Below are positions 16,929 to 27,288 of a stretch of DNA of 64,000 bases, piece by piece. The notes beneath the pieces were generated by a model. It searched no databases. It saw nothing but the letters and a program-made list of their open reading frames with translations, and had not been told where the DNA came from. The translations under genes and the position numbers were made by a program. How positions within the stretch are numbered: the first letter of the stretch is position 1; the number at the start of each line of letters is the position of its first letter. The DNA is from a virus (Duplodnaviria > Caudoviricetes), in IMG/VR virus record IMGVR_UViG_3300037249_000709, positions 32,001 to 96,000 of that record; one strand, given 5' to 3'.

Positions 16929-17891
16929 TTATTTTTGTACATTCTCGACCATTTCCATTAAGGCATTAAATGCGTCGAGATGAACAGTCACACTATCTGT
17001 TTTTGCATTTTCTCGCCCTAATTCGTATGCAGATTGGATTATACTTCTTAAATCATTAACATCAATCGACACGACCGGACTTATTGCTACCTCTTTGTAC
17101 TCTTTTCTGCCTGTTACATAATCATCGAAGAATGTTCCCATATCCTCATAATAAGCATCTGTCTGCTTTTTCGTCAAACCAATATAATGATTAGTTGTCT
17201 TTGCATCACTATGATTATAAATGACTTGTAGCAACTGCATACTATTATGGTCATTCGGGTGCAGCATTCGACTTATCATTCCAAAAGTCTTTCGAGGACT
17301 GTGTGTGCCAACATTATATGTGATGCCCACTTCTCGTGCTGCTTTTTTTAGAGATTTCAAATACCCGCTATCTGAAAGCACAGACCCTTTGAAATTTCCT
17401 GCAAGCTGAATAAACACAAAGTTTTCATATCCATTTTCTTCCGGTCGGCAACCCGTCATCTTAATATATTTCTTGATTGCGTTTCGGCAAGCACTATTGA
17501 TATGCGGATTTGCCAACTTGTCCGTTTTATCCTCTTGGATTTCGAGAATATCATCTCTAAATAGCCCTGTTTGTGGATTGTAAAAGTTAATCCAACGGAG
17601 CGATAGCATATCGCCGACACGTCTTGCGAGATTACAGGAGAGAATAAACACAAGGTACTGCGTCCACATATTCTTGCTTTCAAAATAAGCAATAATCTTT
17701 TTAATATCTTCTATTTCAAAAGCATAGACTTCTGATTTCTGCCCCTTTTTCTTGTTTCCGCTGCAAATGATTTTTCTTGTACCATCTTTTTTGAGTTTTG
17801 GTTGTGGTTGGTCTAAATCATTCGATGCCGGCAAGAGTCTTATTATGTTGTCCTCGCTAACATCAAATCTAACTGCTACCGAATTTGTCAT
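16929..17891 (-). CDS. tyrosine recombinase
   Basis: RVGD, K, HSPRKTF, NHS, YIG: catalytic set intact. Confidence 0.9.
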   Translation of the reverse strand: MTNSVAVRFDVSEDNIIRLLPASNDLDQPQPKLKKDGTRKIICSGNKKKGQKSEVYAFEIEDIKKIIAYFESKNMWTQYLVFILSCNLARRVGDMLSLRWINFYNPQTGLFRDDILEIQEDKTDKLANPHINSACRNAIKKYIKMTGCRPEENGYENFVFIQLAGNFKGSVLSDSGYLKSLKKAAREVGITYNVGTHSPRKTFGMISRMLHPNDHNSMQLLQVIYNHSDAKTTNHYIGLTKKQTDAYYEDMGTFFDDYVTGRKEYKEVAISPVVSIDVNDLRSIIQSAYELGRENAKTDSVTVHLDAFNALMEMVENVQK

Positions 17892-17985
17892 AACTCTCCC
17901 CCTCCCTCACAAGCGTTGAACTTTATTATTATTATAGCACCACTTCATAAATTTGTCAAGTGGTTATTTGGGTTTATTTATAGAA

Positions 17986-18297
17986 TTACAAAATTGTTTC
18001 TTCTATTTTCATTACGCCCCACGGTTCTGATTTGTTTATGCTATATTCTTTCATACCGCAAAAATGCGAATAGCAATCGTTATATATACAGCCTTTTTGA
18101 TAGCCATTAAGTGAGTCAATATTTATTGGCGTTCCGTCTTTGTTTGTCATAATGTATTTGTCCGGAAACATCCCTTCGCCGATAAAAGTTAAGATAGCTA
18201 CAAAACCATTATCAATACTTTCAATTATTTCTTCCGGCACGGAATACTTTTCCCGCAAATACTCAATATCGTCAATGTGGTATGTCACTTTACGCAT
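17986..18297 (-). CDS. hypothetical protein
   Basis: ORF with GAGGTG RBS. Confidence 0.6.
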   Translation of the reverse strand: MRKVTYHIDDIEYLREKYSVPEEIIESIDNGFVAILTFIGEGMFPDKYIMTNKDGTPINIDSLNGYQKGCIYNDCYSHFCGMKEYSINKSEPWGVMKIEETIL

Positions 18298-18308
18298 TCG
18301 TATTCACC

Positions 18309-20180
18309 TCAATCAAAAATTGGCTTATATGTGTTAATTATCGGTCGATGTCCCTGCTTCTTATAGTGTAAAATAGCCACATCATACTGTCCTCTGTCAA
18401 ACGAACCGAACAATGTCATTTTTGTTGTAACGAGAAAGCCATCGCTTTCTTTATGCTCGATTTTATAGAACAATTCTTCGGGCAACTCTTCCAACCATCC
18501 GTTGTATATCAGTACCTCGCTATACAACATCATAGTTCTTTCCTTTCTCGAATTACGCGGTTTAAAAAACAGTTTAACAATGTTATCATACTGTGCATAT
18601 TTGCCTATTGTATAGCCGCAGAAAAGACCACACTGAACGCTGATGCCGCCAAACTCACTAATTTTTACAATCGTGATTTTTTGGTTAGGTAGAAGTCCAC
18701 ATCTTTCAATCTGCGTCTGTGCGCTCTCCGGCTCATTGAGTAACCTATACATAGCCGTTTTTAGCTCGCCTTCGGGCAACATTCTAACTGAATTGATGCT
18801 AAACGGAATTTCATTTTCCCTAATGTATTTGGTCATAGCTGTTTTATAACGGTCGAACTGCAAACTCGACCATGTGATGTCGATTTTTTCTCTTTCGATT
18901 ACTTCCTTACTTGCAAATTCAAGAGCATCTGCTTCTATTTTATATTCCTCTGCTTCCGCTTTGCTTATAGCCTGCGTTGTTTCAAGCTCGTTTCCGTTTC
19001 TTGTTTTCTCATCTACAAAATACACATATCTTGCATATGAATAACCTTCGGGGTCAATTATGATTGTGAGTTTGCCATTTACATAAATGGCTACTGCATT
19101 GTCGATGTACCACTCAACAGTCTTTCTTTCAAGCTCCGACATTCTGCGATAATCTTCCATAGCATTTATGCGGAAGTCATCAGTTGCCGTTCCGCCCTTT
19201 CCGTCAAGAAAGTCATAATCATCAAGTAACTGATTCTTGAAAAGCTCATAAGTTTCAGCACTCATATAGACCTCTCTTGTTACTCGGCAATTCTGGCGAC
19301 GATGTTCAACAGGAAGGTCGCCATCACAATCGTCAAAATAACCATCGGCGGTATCTTCTTTGCTCGCGTTGGTTGAGTCGCAGTCAAGAACATAATAAGG
19401 GGTAACATCTTTTACTTTTACACCTGCCATAATCTTTTCGTGGTTAGATTTTCTTATTACCTGCTGTCTTTTATATTCTTCTTCCTTTTCACGCTGAGTT
19501 TCAAGGTATTCCTGGTACTCTCTTTCCTTTCTTTCGATTTCTGCCTTGTCAAAAGCTGCTTTTTTCTCGGCAAAATCCTGCTCTGCGTTTTCTTCGCCAA
19601 CAGTTGCTTCGCGCTGCTCGTAATCGTAGCGACTAACAATGTTCTGCTCATAAACGCCGTAGAAATTTACATCATAGTAATCGGAGTACGAGTCGCTATT
19701 GTCATAATTATAGCTCTGAGCATACTTGTAAGCATAATGCACTATTGCTTTAAGAATGTCGCTATCAATAGCATAAGGGCTAACCAATAGATTAACATCA
19801 ATACTATTGTAGTCACTTCTTACGCTCCACTTGCACATTGGAAAGCGGCTTCTTAAATGCTTGCGAATAATTGCAGCTATCTCTTTTGTGTCTGTAATAT
19901 GCAGCGTTTCGTAGTGATTTTCAATATCGTCAACTCTCGTAAGTTCCCAAAGGTCAACAATCTCGGTTTTCTTTGCCGGTATTTTGTCCGAAATACTAAC
20001 TTCTCCAAAACCCTTAACAATTTCAAACCTTTCATCGGTATGCTTTGCATACCACATTTTCTGCTTACCACTCCATCGGAAACCATTGGCTTTCAATGTT
20101 TCGAGTACACTACTATCGGGCTTTATTGCAAATCTTACTTCGATGCCGTTTTTCTCTTTGTTCATTGTAATAATTGTCAT
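18309..20180 (-). CDS. polyvalent-type protein with LPD29-like domain
   Basis: LKANGFRWS..KMWYA N-domain; KEIAAIIRKHLR..F...KWSVRS...YNYDNSDSYSDYYDVNFY. Confidence 0.7.
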   Translation of the reverse strand: MTIITMNKEKNGIEVRFAIKPDSSVLETLKANGFRWSGKQKMWYAKHTDERFEIVKGFGEVSISDKIPAKKTEIVDLWELTRVDDIENHYETLHITDTKEIAAIIRKHLRSRFPMCKWSVRSDYNSIDVNLLVSPYAIDSDILKAIVHYAYKYAQSYNYDNSDSYSDYYDVNFYGVYEQNIVSRYDYEQREATVGEENAEQDFAEKKAAFDKAEIERKEREYQEYLETQREKEEEYKRQQVIRKSNHEKIMAGVKVKDVTPYYVLDCDSTNASKEDTADGYFDDCDGDLPVEHRRQNCRVTREVYMSAETYELFKNQLLDDYDFLDGKGGTATDDFRINAMEDYRRMSELERKTVEWYIDNAVAIYVNGKLTIIIDPEGYSYARYVYFVDEKTRNGNELETTQAISKAEAEEYKIEADALEFASKEVIEREKIDITWSSLQFDRYKTAMTKYIRENEIPFSINSVRMLPEGELKTAMYRLLNEPESAQTQIERCGLLPNQKITIVKISEFGGISVQCGLFCGYTIGKYAQYDNIVKLFFKPRNSRKERTMMLYSEVLIYNGWLEELPEELFYKIEHKESDGFLVTTKMTLFGSFDRGQYDVAILHYKKQGHRPIINTYKPIFD

Positions 20181-20450
20181 AATGACACATCCTTTCTTTG
20201 CTTTCGTTTGTTGTGTTTATCTTGTATTAGTATTATACCATAACTTTACACTTTTGTCAAGTAATTATTTGGGTGTATTCAAAATATATTTTTATTGCCG
20301 CCAATCGTGTTTAATTTCACCATTGACGGCGTTATTATTATGTCACTATGACATTGATTCATTCATTTTTTGTAAATAAAAGAGTTGTTTTATCTTAAAC
20401 CAACAACGACAAATGATAAAGTCGCTCATAAGCGAAGCGTTGAGCTACTT

Positions 20451-20590
20451 CATACTAATACATTATTACTATTATAATACTTATAAGAATCTTAATAGTA
20501 TTAGTATGTCTATTAAGAATCTTATATTTATAACTATAGTCTAATACTTATACTATAATATATGATTAAGGAAATGCAATTTCTTAACAT
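20451..20590. repeat. AT-rich palindromic dispersed repeat, copy 1 of 4
   Basis: CATACTAATAC...GTATTAGTATG plus tail TAAGGAARTGCAATTTCTTAACAT. Confidence 0.85.
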
Positions 20591-20794
20591 AGCTATGTAT
20601 AGTAATAAGCTACACTATGTGTTATTGTTGGTTCAAGATTTCCACTTTTTCTATGGTTTTACTTTACACATTTTAACATATGCCCCAAAATCAATTCTAA
20701 GCCGTTTTAAGCCACGATTTAATTAAGGGTGTAACTTTACCTCTTAATGCCATTTCGTTGATTCTGGGGCATCCTGGTGAGCAGGAGAATGCTT

Positions 20795-21073
20795 TTAACT
20801 ATTCTCTCTACTATATGCTGATTTTATCTTTTTCTCTGCGGCTTTGCTTATCGTGCCATCAATGTAATTGCCAAGATACTGTTTGCACTGACAACAATAA
20901 GCTCTGCCATTATATATAACATCGATGCTATCGTATAAATCCTCGTTATGAACGCCGTCCTCCTTGCCGTCAAAGCGCATATTTGGGTATATATATCCTT
21001 TTACCTTTTGCTTTTCGCAAAACATATCACTACCGCAAAAAGGACACTCTTTTAATTCACTAAAAGGCATCAT
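20795..21073 (-). CDS. zinc-ribbon protein (Lar-like N-terminus)
   Basis: LKECPFCG ... CCQC. Confidence 0.55.
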   Translation of the reverse strand: MMPFSELKECPFCGSDMFCEKQKVKGYIYPNMRFDGKEDGVHNEDLYDSIDVIYNGRAYCCQCKQYLGNYIDGTISKAAEKKIKSAYSRENS

Positions 21074-21091
21074 AAAAATCCTCTCTTTGTG

Positions 21092-21412
21092 TTACTCTCT
21101 ATCTCTCACATAATAATCATCTGCTCCCGACTTGTATTTCGCATAATCAATTTTGTGTAGGTTGTCTTTATTCTTACACTGAAATGCTGTTCTGCCAACG
21201 AATCCGACGTATGCAAGCTGTTTGTTTTCCTCGATTGCAATAATGTCGTCCGGCTGGCTATCTGTGGGTTTAATTGCGCCAAAGAGATAGCCTTCTTTCT
21301 CGGCGTCAACAAGAAATTCCTTTGCAGTCTGGTTATCTTTGCAAAAGATGTAGACCTTGCCATTGAGTGTGTTTCTAAGATTTTCGATTTTACGCATTAT
21401 AAATTCCTCCAT
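21092..21412 (-). CDS. hypothetical protein
   Basis: ORF with GGAGG RBS. Confidence 0.6.
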   Translation of the reverse strand: MEEFIMRKIENLRNTLNGKVYIFCKDNQTAKEFLVDAEKEGYLFGAIKPTDSQPDDIIAIEENKQLAYVGFVGRTAFQCKNKDNLHKIDYAKYKSGADDYYVRDRE

Positions 21413-21477
21413 TGAATAAATCTATTTTGAATAACTGATAGTGGTTTTTCATTATCAAAAAATTTTGTAAGAGAACT

Positions 21478-21599
21478 CATACTAATACGTTATTACTATT
21501 ATAATACTTATAAGAATCTTAATAGTATTAGTATGTAATAGTTAGAGTCTTATTACTATTATTATAATATATGATTAAGGAAGTGCAATTTCTTAACAT
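21478..21599. repeat. AT-rich palindromic dispersed repeat, copy 2 of 4
   Basis: near-identical 58-bp core and tail. Confidence 0.85.
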
Positions 21600-21610
21600 T
21601 TTTTGAAATC

Positions 21611-21994
21611 TCAATAAAAATCTACTTGCTTAAATAGTGATTTGTTAAGCTCCGATAATTCTAAGTTTTTGTTTGATTCTGCTTCGCAGTATTCATCTAC
21701 ATCGTCATAATAGTCGTTCTCCGTTTCACAATACCAATCAACCCAATCGTTTTCTTCTTCATTCCACATTTGCAATCCGCCGGCATTACAAAAATCCGGT
21801 TTAATTCGTTGGTTGTATTGGAAACAATCATAAGCAGCAAGAATATCCATAACCACTTTGGCTTCTTCTGGCGTTTTGACTGGTATATGGAATGTCTTAG
21901 CTCCAATTTGTGGCATCCACCAAACCCGCATTTTCTTTTCACTCATTTTATAAAATCCTCCAATCTCTTTTGAGCCGCCTACAAGGCTCGTCAC
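21611..21994 (-). CDS. P22 gp17-like (superinfection-exclusion related) protein
   Basis: MRVWWMPQI...F.IPV..PEEA..VMD.LAAYDCFQY...IKPDFCNAGGLQMW; real start probably MSEKK. Confidence 0.7.
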   Translation of the reverse strand: MTSLVGGSKEIGGFYKMSEKKMRVWWMPQIGAKTFHIPVKTPEEAKVVMDILAAYDCFQYNQRIKPDFCNAGGLQMWNEEENDWVDWYCETENDYYDDVDEYCEAESNKNLELSELNKSLFKQVDFY

Positions 21995-22086
21995 GCCGTT
22001 TTATTTTTAGGGGTATAATACTTTACCTCTTTACCCTAAATCGTCTGATACAGGGCGAATTTGGGCGGTTCTCGGCTATTTATCAT

Positions 22087-22257
22087 TCAACAATCCTGTT
22101 CGACTTCTTCTACTTCAATATCGTCATATGCGGTATTAGCAACTGGGCTTCGCATATCGCTTACAAATTCCATATGAGCTATATCAACCGCCTCATCTTC
22201 CGATTCTGCTTCTACTTCGTATGTGTAGTATTGTGTAAATGTTACCTCAAATTTCAT
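22087..22257 (-). CDS. small acidic DpnD/PcfM-like protein, 56 aa (not in ORF track)
   Basis: MKFEVTFTQYYTYEVEAESEDEAVDIA...; GGAGGTG RBS. Confidence 0.7.
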   Translation of the reverse strand: MKFEVTFTQYYTYEVEAESEDEAVDIAHMEFVSDMRSPVANTAYDDIEVEEVEQDC

Positions 22258-22314
22258 TTATTTCACCTCCTCTGACTTGACTTTCATACTACATAATCGG
22301 CAACTTTGTAGCAC

Positions 22315-22345
22315 AAAAGTAAACTCCTGCCGTTTCCGACAGGAG
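22315..22345 (-). terminator. intrinsic terminator / riboswitch expression platform
   Basis: CTCCTGTCG-GAAA-CGGCAGGAG followed by TTTACTTTT. Confidence 0.75.
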
Positions 22346-22357
22346 CAACTTTCGTTT

Positions 22358-22438
22358 CCTATCGGTCAAGCATTACCACCTTACATAAGCAGGTTGGTGT
22401 ACGGTCATTGAGCTTGTCTCTCGCGCACTCTAAATAGG
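22358..22438 (-). promoter_or_regulatory. SAM-I-clan riboswitch aptamer (P4-less, SAM-I/IV-variant-like)
   Basis: P1 CCUAUU/GAUAGG, UAGAG, P2 with GAGAGA...CUC-AAUGA, P3 ACCAACCU/AGGUGGU, pseudoknot CAAG/CUUG; sigmaA promoter at 22450-22478. Confidence 0.75.
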
Positions 22439-22489
22439 TTTTTTCTTTTATTATAACACACAATTTATTATTTGTCAAGTATTTTTTTA

Positions 22490-22762
22490 TTATTCTTCTG
22501 AATCTTCTTCAACGCAATCCTCGCCGATATATGCGTTAATAGCCTTATGCAGCGGCTCACTTATGGTAATTCCGTCTGCCTTACACTTTGCCTTGTATCT
22601 TTCGGCAATGTCCTTTTTAACCGAAACACTTATCTGTGTGTAGGTCTTTTTATTGTAGCGATTTTTAACTGCCGTTGATGTTGTTCTTTTCTTCTCGTCT
22701 TTATGTTCTCTGTAATATCTTGCTTGATATTCTCGGTCTGCTTCCTTGTCTTTTCGTGCCAC
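22490..22762 (-). CDS. ribbon-helix-helix-like regulator
   Basis: RYNKKTYTQISVSVKKDIAERYKAKC...ISEPLHKAI; paralog of 32277-32537. Confidence 0.65.
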   Translation of the reverse strand: MARKDKEADREYQARYYREHKDEKKRTTSTAVKNRYNKKTYTQISVSVKKDIAERYKAKCKADGITISEPLHKAINAYIGEDCVEEDSEE

Positions 22763-22819
22763 TTATAACTCACCTCAATATAGTTTCTCCTTTTTATCAT
22801 ACCATAATTTTAATTTTTG

Positions 22820-24599
22820 TCAAGCAACTATTTCCGGCTCGATTATCCAACCAATGCCTTCTTCTTTGTATTTTATCCCGCAGTGGTCTAAAATCGGCAC
22901 AATATCGCCGCATATAAACTCGACCGTTCTGTCGCTAACAATGCCGTTATACACTCTAACCAACTCTTGAAAAACATACTGACTTGATATGCCTTTCGGG
23001 AATTTTCCTTTGTTCGTGGCTGTTTCATATACTTTCTCAATGTATGCTTTTAGCTTTTTATTATTCATTAAATATTCCTCCCAACAACTATTTTTTAGGG
23101 ATACGATTTTTCTCAACATCATAATGAGTATGAAAGTGTGCTATTCGTAATAGGTTACTTCTTGCTCTTAAATTTTCCTCTATGATTTTAACTTTCTTCT
23201 ATATTTCCTCTTCTGTAGAATCATCATCGACATAGAACTCAAAGAAATATTTTTCTATTATTCTAACATTAATATACCCCGACACTTTTTTCATAATTAG
23301 ATTTCCCCCATTGCTTCGCAGTATTTGTATTCCCGATTGTTGCACAAGTACAAAGCAATTTTCTCCCTGTCTTATTTTCCTCAGTAATGATAAAGCTACT
23401 CTCACCGTTGTTGATGTGTTTTACAAATTCATCAATAGTTCTCATAATAAATACCTCCTGTTAAAATATTCGTTTTATGTTCTCCAAGCTGATTTACATT
23501 TTCTGACAATATACCAATGTTCACCATAATCCTCAATTCTATCCTCGGTAGGTATTAAATTGTGGCGTAAGCAACATTCAGATATTTCATTTAACTGTTC
23601 TCTCCTTGCGGCGAAATAATCATTAACTGGTAATCCCGAAGGAATTGAATATTTAGGAACAAGAATAACATAATCCATATCATCCCAAAATCCATCAATA
23701 TCAAACTCGACTTCGGATATTCCTTTGATTTTAAGTAAATCATTCTCAAGTTGCTGTAACTTGTTTAAAATTCCAAATCGTTCAGCGGTTTCAATCGTTC
23801 TTTTATCCATTTTATTTTTCCTCCTATAAAATACTTGTTTTATTAGTTTTCTTCCTTAATCGCATAAACATTATTACCTTCTGCTATTATTTCATATCCG
23901 CATTTTTTATAAAAATCTGCGGCACTGCTGTTTATGCGTGAAATTACATGGTTCGGATATTTTCCAAGTAAATGAGCAAATCCGCCTTTTAAAGCTTTGA
24001 GCATTCGTCTATCGCATTCTCTCCACTCTAAACCGTTCTTGTGCTCCAACCAATCCTTGATATAATCCAAAGGCATACATTCTATTCGTTCGATAAAATC
24101 TGTTCCGGCAATCATAGCAAGACCAAAACTTTCATTTGCCGACATTGCAGCATCAGCATATTCCCTCAACCATCCGTATTCAGGGTGTTGGCTAAAGTGG
24201 TTGATTTTCTCGTTAAATAGTTTATACCTACTTTCTTTCCATTCTTTGTAAGAAAGTGCATACATTTTACTCATAATGATATCTCCTAAAAAATTATTGT
24301 TATTATTTCCCTTTTAATGCTCTGTTCATTTCGTCTGAAACATTCAAGCATACCTCTCGTGCTGCATCCCAAATGTCAATCTGTATTCTCAACACTTTCA
24401 TTTCTTCCTTTAGATTGTTGAGATACTTTTCTAAATCGACATATTGTTCATAAGATAAGTTTTTCTTTGCATTTTCTCCTTTTAATCTGGATTCTGCTTC
24501 TAAAAATTCCTTGTGGGTATCGGCGTACATTTTTGAATATTCTACATACTTATCTGAAATAGCTTGACGTACTCTTTTGTTATATCTTTGCTCCTCCAT
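22820..24599 (-). CDS. five small hypothetical ORFs (22820-23122, 23199-23405, 23475-23810, 23843-24274, 24303-24599)
   Basis: co-oriented ORFs, most with GGAG RBS. Confidence 0.55.
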
Positions 24600-24602
24600 T
24601 TT

Positions 24603-25115
24603 TTACGCTCCTTGAATTAGTTTTAATCTTCCGTGACATCTTCCACAAGTATATAATGATGTATGCTTTATAAGGTCGCTCCTTTTCTGCCTTTTTATGA
24701 GTTGTCCGCAGCACTCACATTGAACAATATACTTCGGCTCTACTTGCTTTCTAACTGGCATAGTTTCTTTTTTTACACCTATGCCCGCCGCAGGACAAGT
24801 ACGCTTGATGTCATAGCCGTATGCTCTTTTTACTTTATCCGCAAGCCGTTTCCATTCTGCTCCGTGATTCATACAGCCCTTACAACTATGAAGTAGCTCA
24901 TGTATGATTGTGTTTTTCAAGCCTTCCACATCGTTTCTCTCGTCAAGAAGAATTGCATTGATATTGATTGCAAATCCACCAGGAACTTTCCGACATTGAC
25001 CCCATCTCTTTTTCGCCCTTGTGTTGATAGACCACTCGATGATTTCGCCGTATTTAATTCCTATCTTGTCAAGCTCGGCTTTACACTCGTTTATATACTT
25101 CTGAAAATCTCTCAT
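24603..25115 (-). CDS. SprT-like zinc metalloprotease
   Basis: RWGQC, HELLH, HGAEWK, CECC-CGRC. Confidence 0.9.
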   Translation of the reverse strand: MRDFQKYINECKAELDKIGIKYGEIIEWSINTRAKKRWGQCRKVPGGFAININAILLDERNDVEGLKNTIIHELLHSCKGCMNHGAEWKRLADKVKRAYGYDIKRTCPAAGIGVKKETMPVRKQVEPKYIVQCECCGQLIKRQKRSDLIKHTSLYTCGRCHGRLKLIQGA

Positions 25116-25375
25116 AAGTTATCCCTCATTTCTTCGATTTGGTCGATGATACTTTCACACTCAGCTACGCAAAATTTTAAAGACTTTGCTTCATACGGGC
25201 AATTAGCAAAAATCTTCTGTCCCATCCTCTGAATCACAATTACACATTCATATCCTCTATACATGAACATCTTTTCAATAGCATGGTTTATCATTGTAAA
25301 TTCTCCTCTTTACCATATAATTATTTGGGTTGTTTCTTAACTTAAAAAAAATAATTGGTTTCACTCACCATACTT

Positions 25376-25404
25376 ATTATATCACACTTTTAGTAGTATG
25401 TCAA
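25376..25404 (-). promoter_or_regulatory. class-C sigmaA promoter with CATACT-N6-AGTRTG palindrome in the spacer
   Basis: copies at 31711, 35205, 38365 and variant 41377. Confidence 0.8.
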
Positions 25405-25458
25405 TACTTTTTTTATAAAAAAATAAAAGTTTTTTTGAAAGGTCGTCATCGGGCAAAG

Positions 25459-25626
25459 CTATATAGCCTCGCCCTCGACATATTCCTTTGTTTTGGCATT
25501 ATGTCCAAGATAATACACCAATTCGCCGTGTTCGTCCTCATAGTCGTCCATCAGCTTATAGATACATTCTTTTGTTGTTGAGCCGTGTACTTCGGTTTCA
25601 AAGCCATCTTCAAATTTTCCTGTCAT
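25459..25626 (-). CDS. small acidic protein, 55 aa (not in ORF track)
   Basis: MTGKFEDGFETEVHG...EGEAI*, overlaps the upstream stop. Confidence 0.5.
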   Translation of the reverse strand: MTGKFEDGFETEVHGSTTKECIYKLMDDYEDEHGELVYYLGHNAKTKEYVEGEAI

Positions 25627-25864
25627 CGTCCAGTCCATATATCAATTCTCCCTTGTCGTTTCTTGTTCCTCTGCAAAATCTGCGGATTTCTCCTTCGATT
25701 ACCATTTCTGTATATTCTTTGGGGCTTGTCCCCATATCTTGTGTATAGTATTTTTGAGCTTTTCGCAAGCCGATAAGACCGACTTCATATAAATATGATT
25801 TTTCAATATTGAATTTTTCCGCATATTGCTCTGCTGTTTTAGATATAAATTCCGTATCTTTCAT
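25610..25864 (-). CDS. stand-alone sigma-70 region-2-like mini-protein
   Basis: LYEVGLIGLRKAQKY...Y...VIEGEIRRFCR resembles sigmaF/G region 2. Confidence 0.6.
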   Translation of the reverse strand: MKDTEFISKTAEQYAEKFNIEKSYLYEVGLIGLRKAQKYYTQDMGTSPKEYTEMVIEGEIRRFCRGTRNDKGELIYGLDDDRKI

Positions 25865-25877
25865 AGTTTACTCCATG

Positions 25878-27123
25878 TCAATCCCAGAAAATGTTGTCGG
25901 TTTCGTAATTGCTTACAACAGTTTCGCAAATATAATTCTCATTTCCATCATTACAAGGCAAACCAAACTGATAGGCAAGATTGCCGCCGTCTTTATACGC
26001 CGTATAAACCTCTGCTATCATTGAACTATCCTCATCTGATTCCATTGTGTTGAATATCACATAGATGATTTTCTTATCTTCTGTATCAAGGTCGATAACT
26101 ATTGTCTTTGTCAGTGTTATTTTATAGTTAGCTTTCATTATGCAACACTCCTTTTTATTCTCTCGGTAAATCCAATATGGCATCTACAAATTGTGTGTTC
26201 GGGTAAGACCTAACATACACTTTTCCATTTAATGCAATGACTGGAATAAGGTATTTATCGCTATTAGCAAGGAATATTTTTTTTCCTCGCTCTCCTCCTG
26301 CTCTATCTTTTTGAGCATAAAATAAACATCTTGTGTTGTGTGGTATGTTTCTCCGATATATAAACCCTCAATGTCAAGAGGATTATAAGAAACAATGCGA
26401 CCTTTACGCATACGGATTTTTGTTACATAGTTAGGCATCGCAATTTTCCTCCCAATTTGAAATGATTTCTTCTGCCTGTATGGGTATTTCTTCCCAGCGT
26501 TTTCTGTCTATGTTAAATTTGTATCTTCTTGTTCCCTCCGATGGTTTAAATGGTGGCAACGAATGTCTGGTTGCAGTCCACAAAACTCTATCATCGTATT
26601 TTCCTTTATATGGTGACATATCGAATATTCCGGATGCCCTATGAAAAGTTTTTCCTTTTTTTAGCACCTCGTTATAGTCATACCCACTCGGTTCTGTTCT
26701 ATATCTATTTATATGCTTTCTTGCTGACATATGAAACACCTCGTTTTACCTTTATTATATCATAACATATTATTTTGTTCAATACTTTTATTGGATTTGT
26801 TAGTCTTTAGCAAAAATCATCGCTAACGCCACCGGCACAAGCACTAACATATATGTAACATCTCTTTCTCCCAGTGCAATCATAATTTTGCAAAGAAAAA
26901 TAGAACCTATCAACATTCCAAATCCGAACAATCTTCTTAACATAGTCTGTTCTTTTCTCTTTTTCCTTGCTCTTGCTTTTTCTCTTTCTTCTTTGCGTGT
27001 TTTGATATATGTTTGACTTTTGATTTCATCTACGTATGTTTCCAAATCAAACGGAGTAAAATTTCCGTATTGATTCATTGTATAAACTTTCATAGGTTTT
27101 GTTGTTTTCATTGTTGATTCCAT
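25878..27123 (-). CDS. four small ORFs (25878-26183, 26229-26438, 26431-26739, 26800-27123; the last has 2 TM segments)
   Basis: co-oriented ORFs. Confidence 0.55.
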
Positions 27124-27288
27124 TTATATTCTATCCTCCTTTTAGGTTTACTTTCACACTACATTCTTAATAGTTTTGTAGCATGAAAGTAAACCAATAT
27201 ATATATTCCGAGTGTGTTTCAGAAGTTGCAAGTTATTACGGATATATTACATATTTGTATCAAAAGCGTAACAACGGATTATTCTGTA

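Noticed and set aside
22358-22367. GACCGATAGG shared between the riboswitch and two twister variants
   Set aside because: It plays different structural roles in each; treated as coincidence.
25441-25482. Possible hammerhead or K-turn hairpin
   Set aside because: Lacks the CUGAUGA/GAAA core and overlaps the end of a small ORF; more likely a terminator-like stem.
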